In this document: in pieces, positions 63,885 through 64,000 of the stretch
Numbering within the stretch: position 1 is the first letter of the stretch
How the letters are laid out: the number at the start of each line of letters is the position of its first letter
Source of the DNA: Candidatus Nomurabacteria bacterium
GTDB taxonomy: Bacteria; Patescibacteriota; Minisyncoccia; Phycocordibacterales; UBA918
Reading direction: 5' to 3'
Assembly (NCBI GenBank): GCA_020632015.1
Contig: JACKGI010000003.1
Location: 1,421 to 65,420 of the forward strand
Length of the DNA stretch: 64,000 bases
Notes under the pieces: model-generated
The model's input: only the letters and a program-made list of their open reading frames with translations
Databases searched by the model: none
What the model was told of the DNA's origin: nothing
Translations under genes and position numbers: made by a program

Positions 63885-64000
63885 ATGACACGGAGACTTA
63901 GTACATTAGTATTTACGTTACTCTTCCTCGGAGCTATGTTCGGTGGTCTTTTCCATATGACCATGGGTATGGATATGACCGGAAACATGACCGGGTGTCC
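63885..64000 (+). CDS. Partial ORF (5' end only), Met-rich small membrane/secreted protein
   Basis: ATG at 63885 gives MTRRLSTLVFTLLFLGAMFGGLFHMTMGMDMTGNMTGC.... Truncated by the window end. Confidence 0.3.
   Translation, partial: MTRRLSTLVFTLLFLGAMFGGLFHMTMGMDMTGNMTGC

Noticed and set aside
1-64000. CRISPR arrays, rRNA genes, and alternative genetic code (UGA recoding)
   Set aside because: No regularly spaced direct repeats were seen, and there are no rRNA-like segments. TGA is used as a stop (for example the RT at 3098 and the recombinase at 46201), and conserved proteins translate cleanly with the standard code.

Overview
AT-rich, tightly packed bacterial window. Gene content and organisation suggest a Candidate Phyla Radiation (Patescibacteria)-type genome: the ribosomal-protein cluster lacks L30, fermentation genes xfp-ackA are present, there are many small secreted or membrane proteins, and there is a DGR. 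This taxonomic call is an inference. All calls come from reading the sequence and ORF translations by eye; no searches were run.

Layout:
- 289-3098: complete diversity-generating retroelement (target with VR, avd, TR, RT).
- 3334-21389: S10/spc ribosomal-protein cluster through secY, adk and map. It is broken by two inserted non-ribosomal blocks (5911-9464 and 13003-14061) and embedded in a nucleotide-kinase cluster.
- 21.8-38.5 kb: housekeeping and accessory genes, including a beta-CASP hydrolase, HIT, rplT-rpmI / IMPase / infC, a SET-domain protein, xfp-ackA, two-component genes, LysM, and hyper-acidic secreted proteins.
- 38645-46201: the most unusual region, an island next to the 3' end of ssrA (tmRNA, 46183-46576, minus). 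It carries a large serine recombinase flanked by perfect 139-bp inverted repeats and a second pair of perfect 323-bp GC-rich inverted repeats. One copy of the 323-bp repeat extends into a ~570-nt GC-rich noncoding tract, a candidate large ncRNA. The island also holds a five-gene module: a 977-aa protein with a ParB-like motif and a possible ART-like C-terminus, a 110-aa protein, a JAB-like protein, a metallophosphoesterase, and an XRE HTH.
- 46.7-64 kb: smpB, patatin, ftsH, a MacAB-like ABC efflux set, a strange nested/disrupted tRNA locus with tRNA-Ile(UAU), recG, malic enzyme, a ZIP transporter, tRNA-Ser with an upstream 5' duplicate, and a CsoR-CopB copper module.

No CRISPR array and no rRNA were seen.
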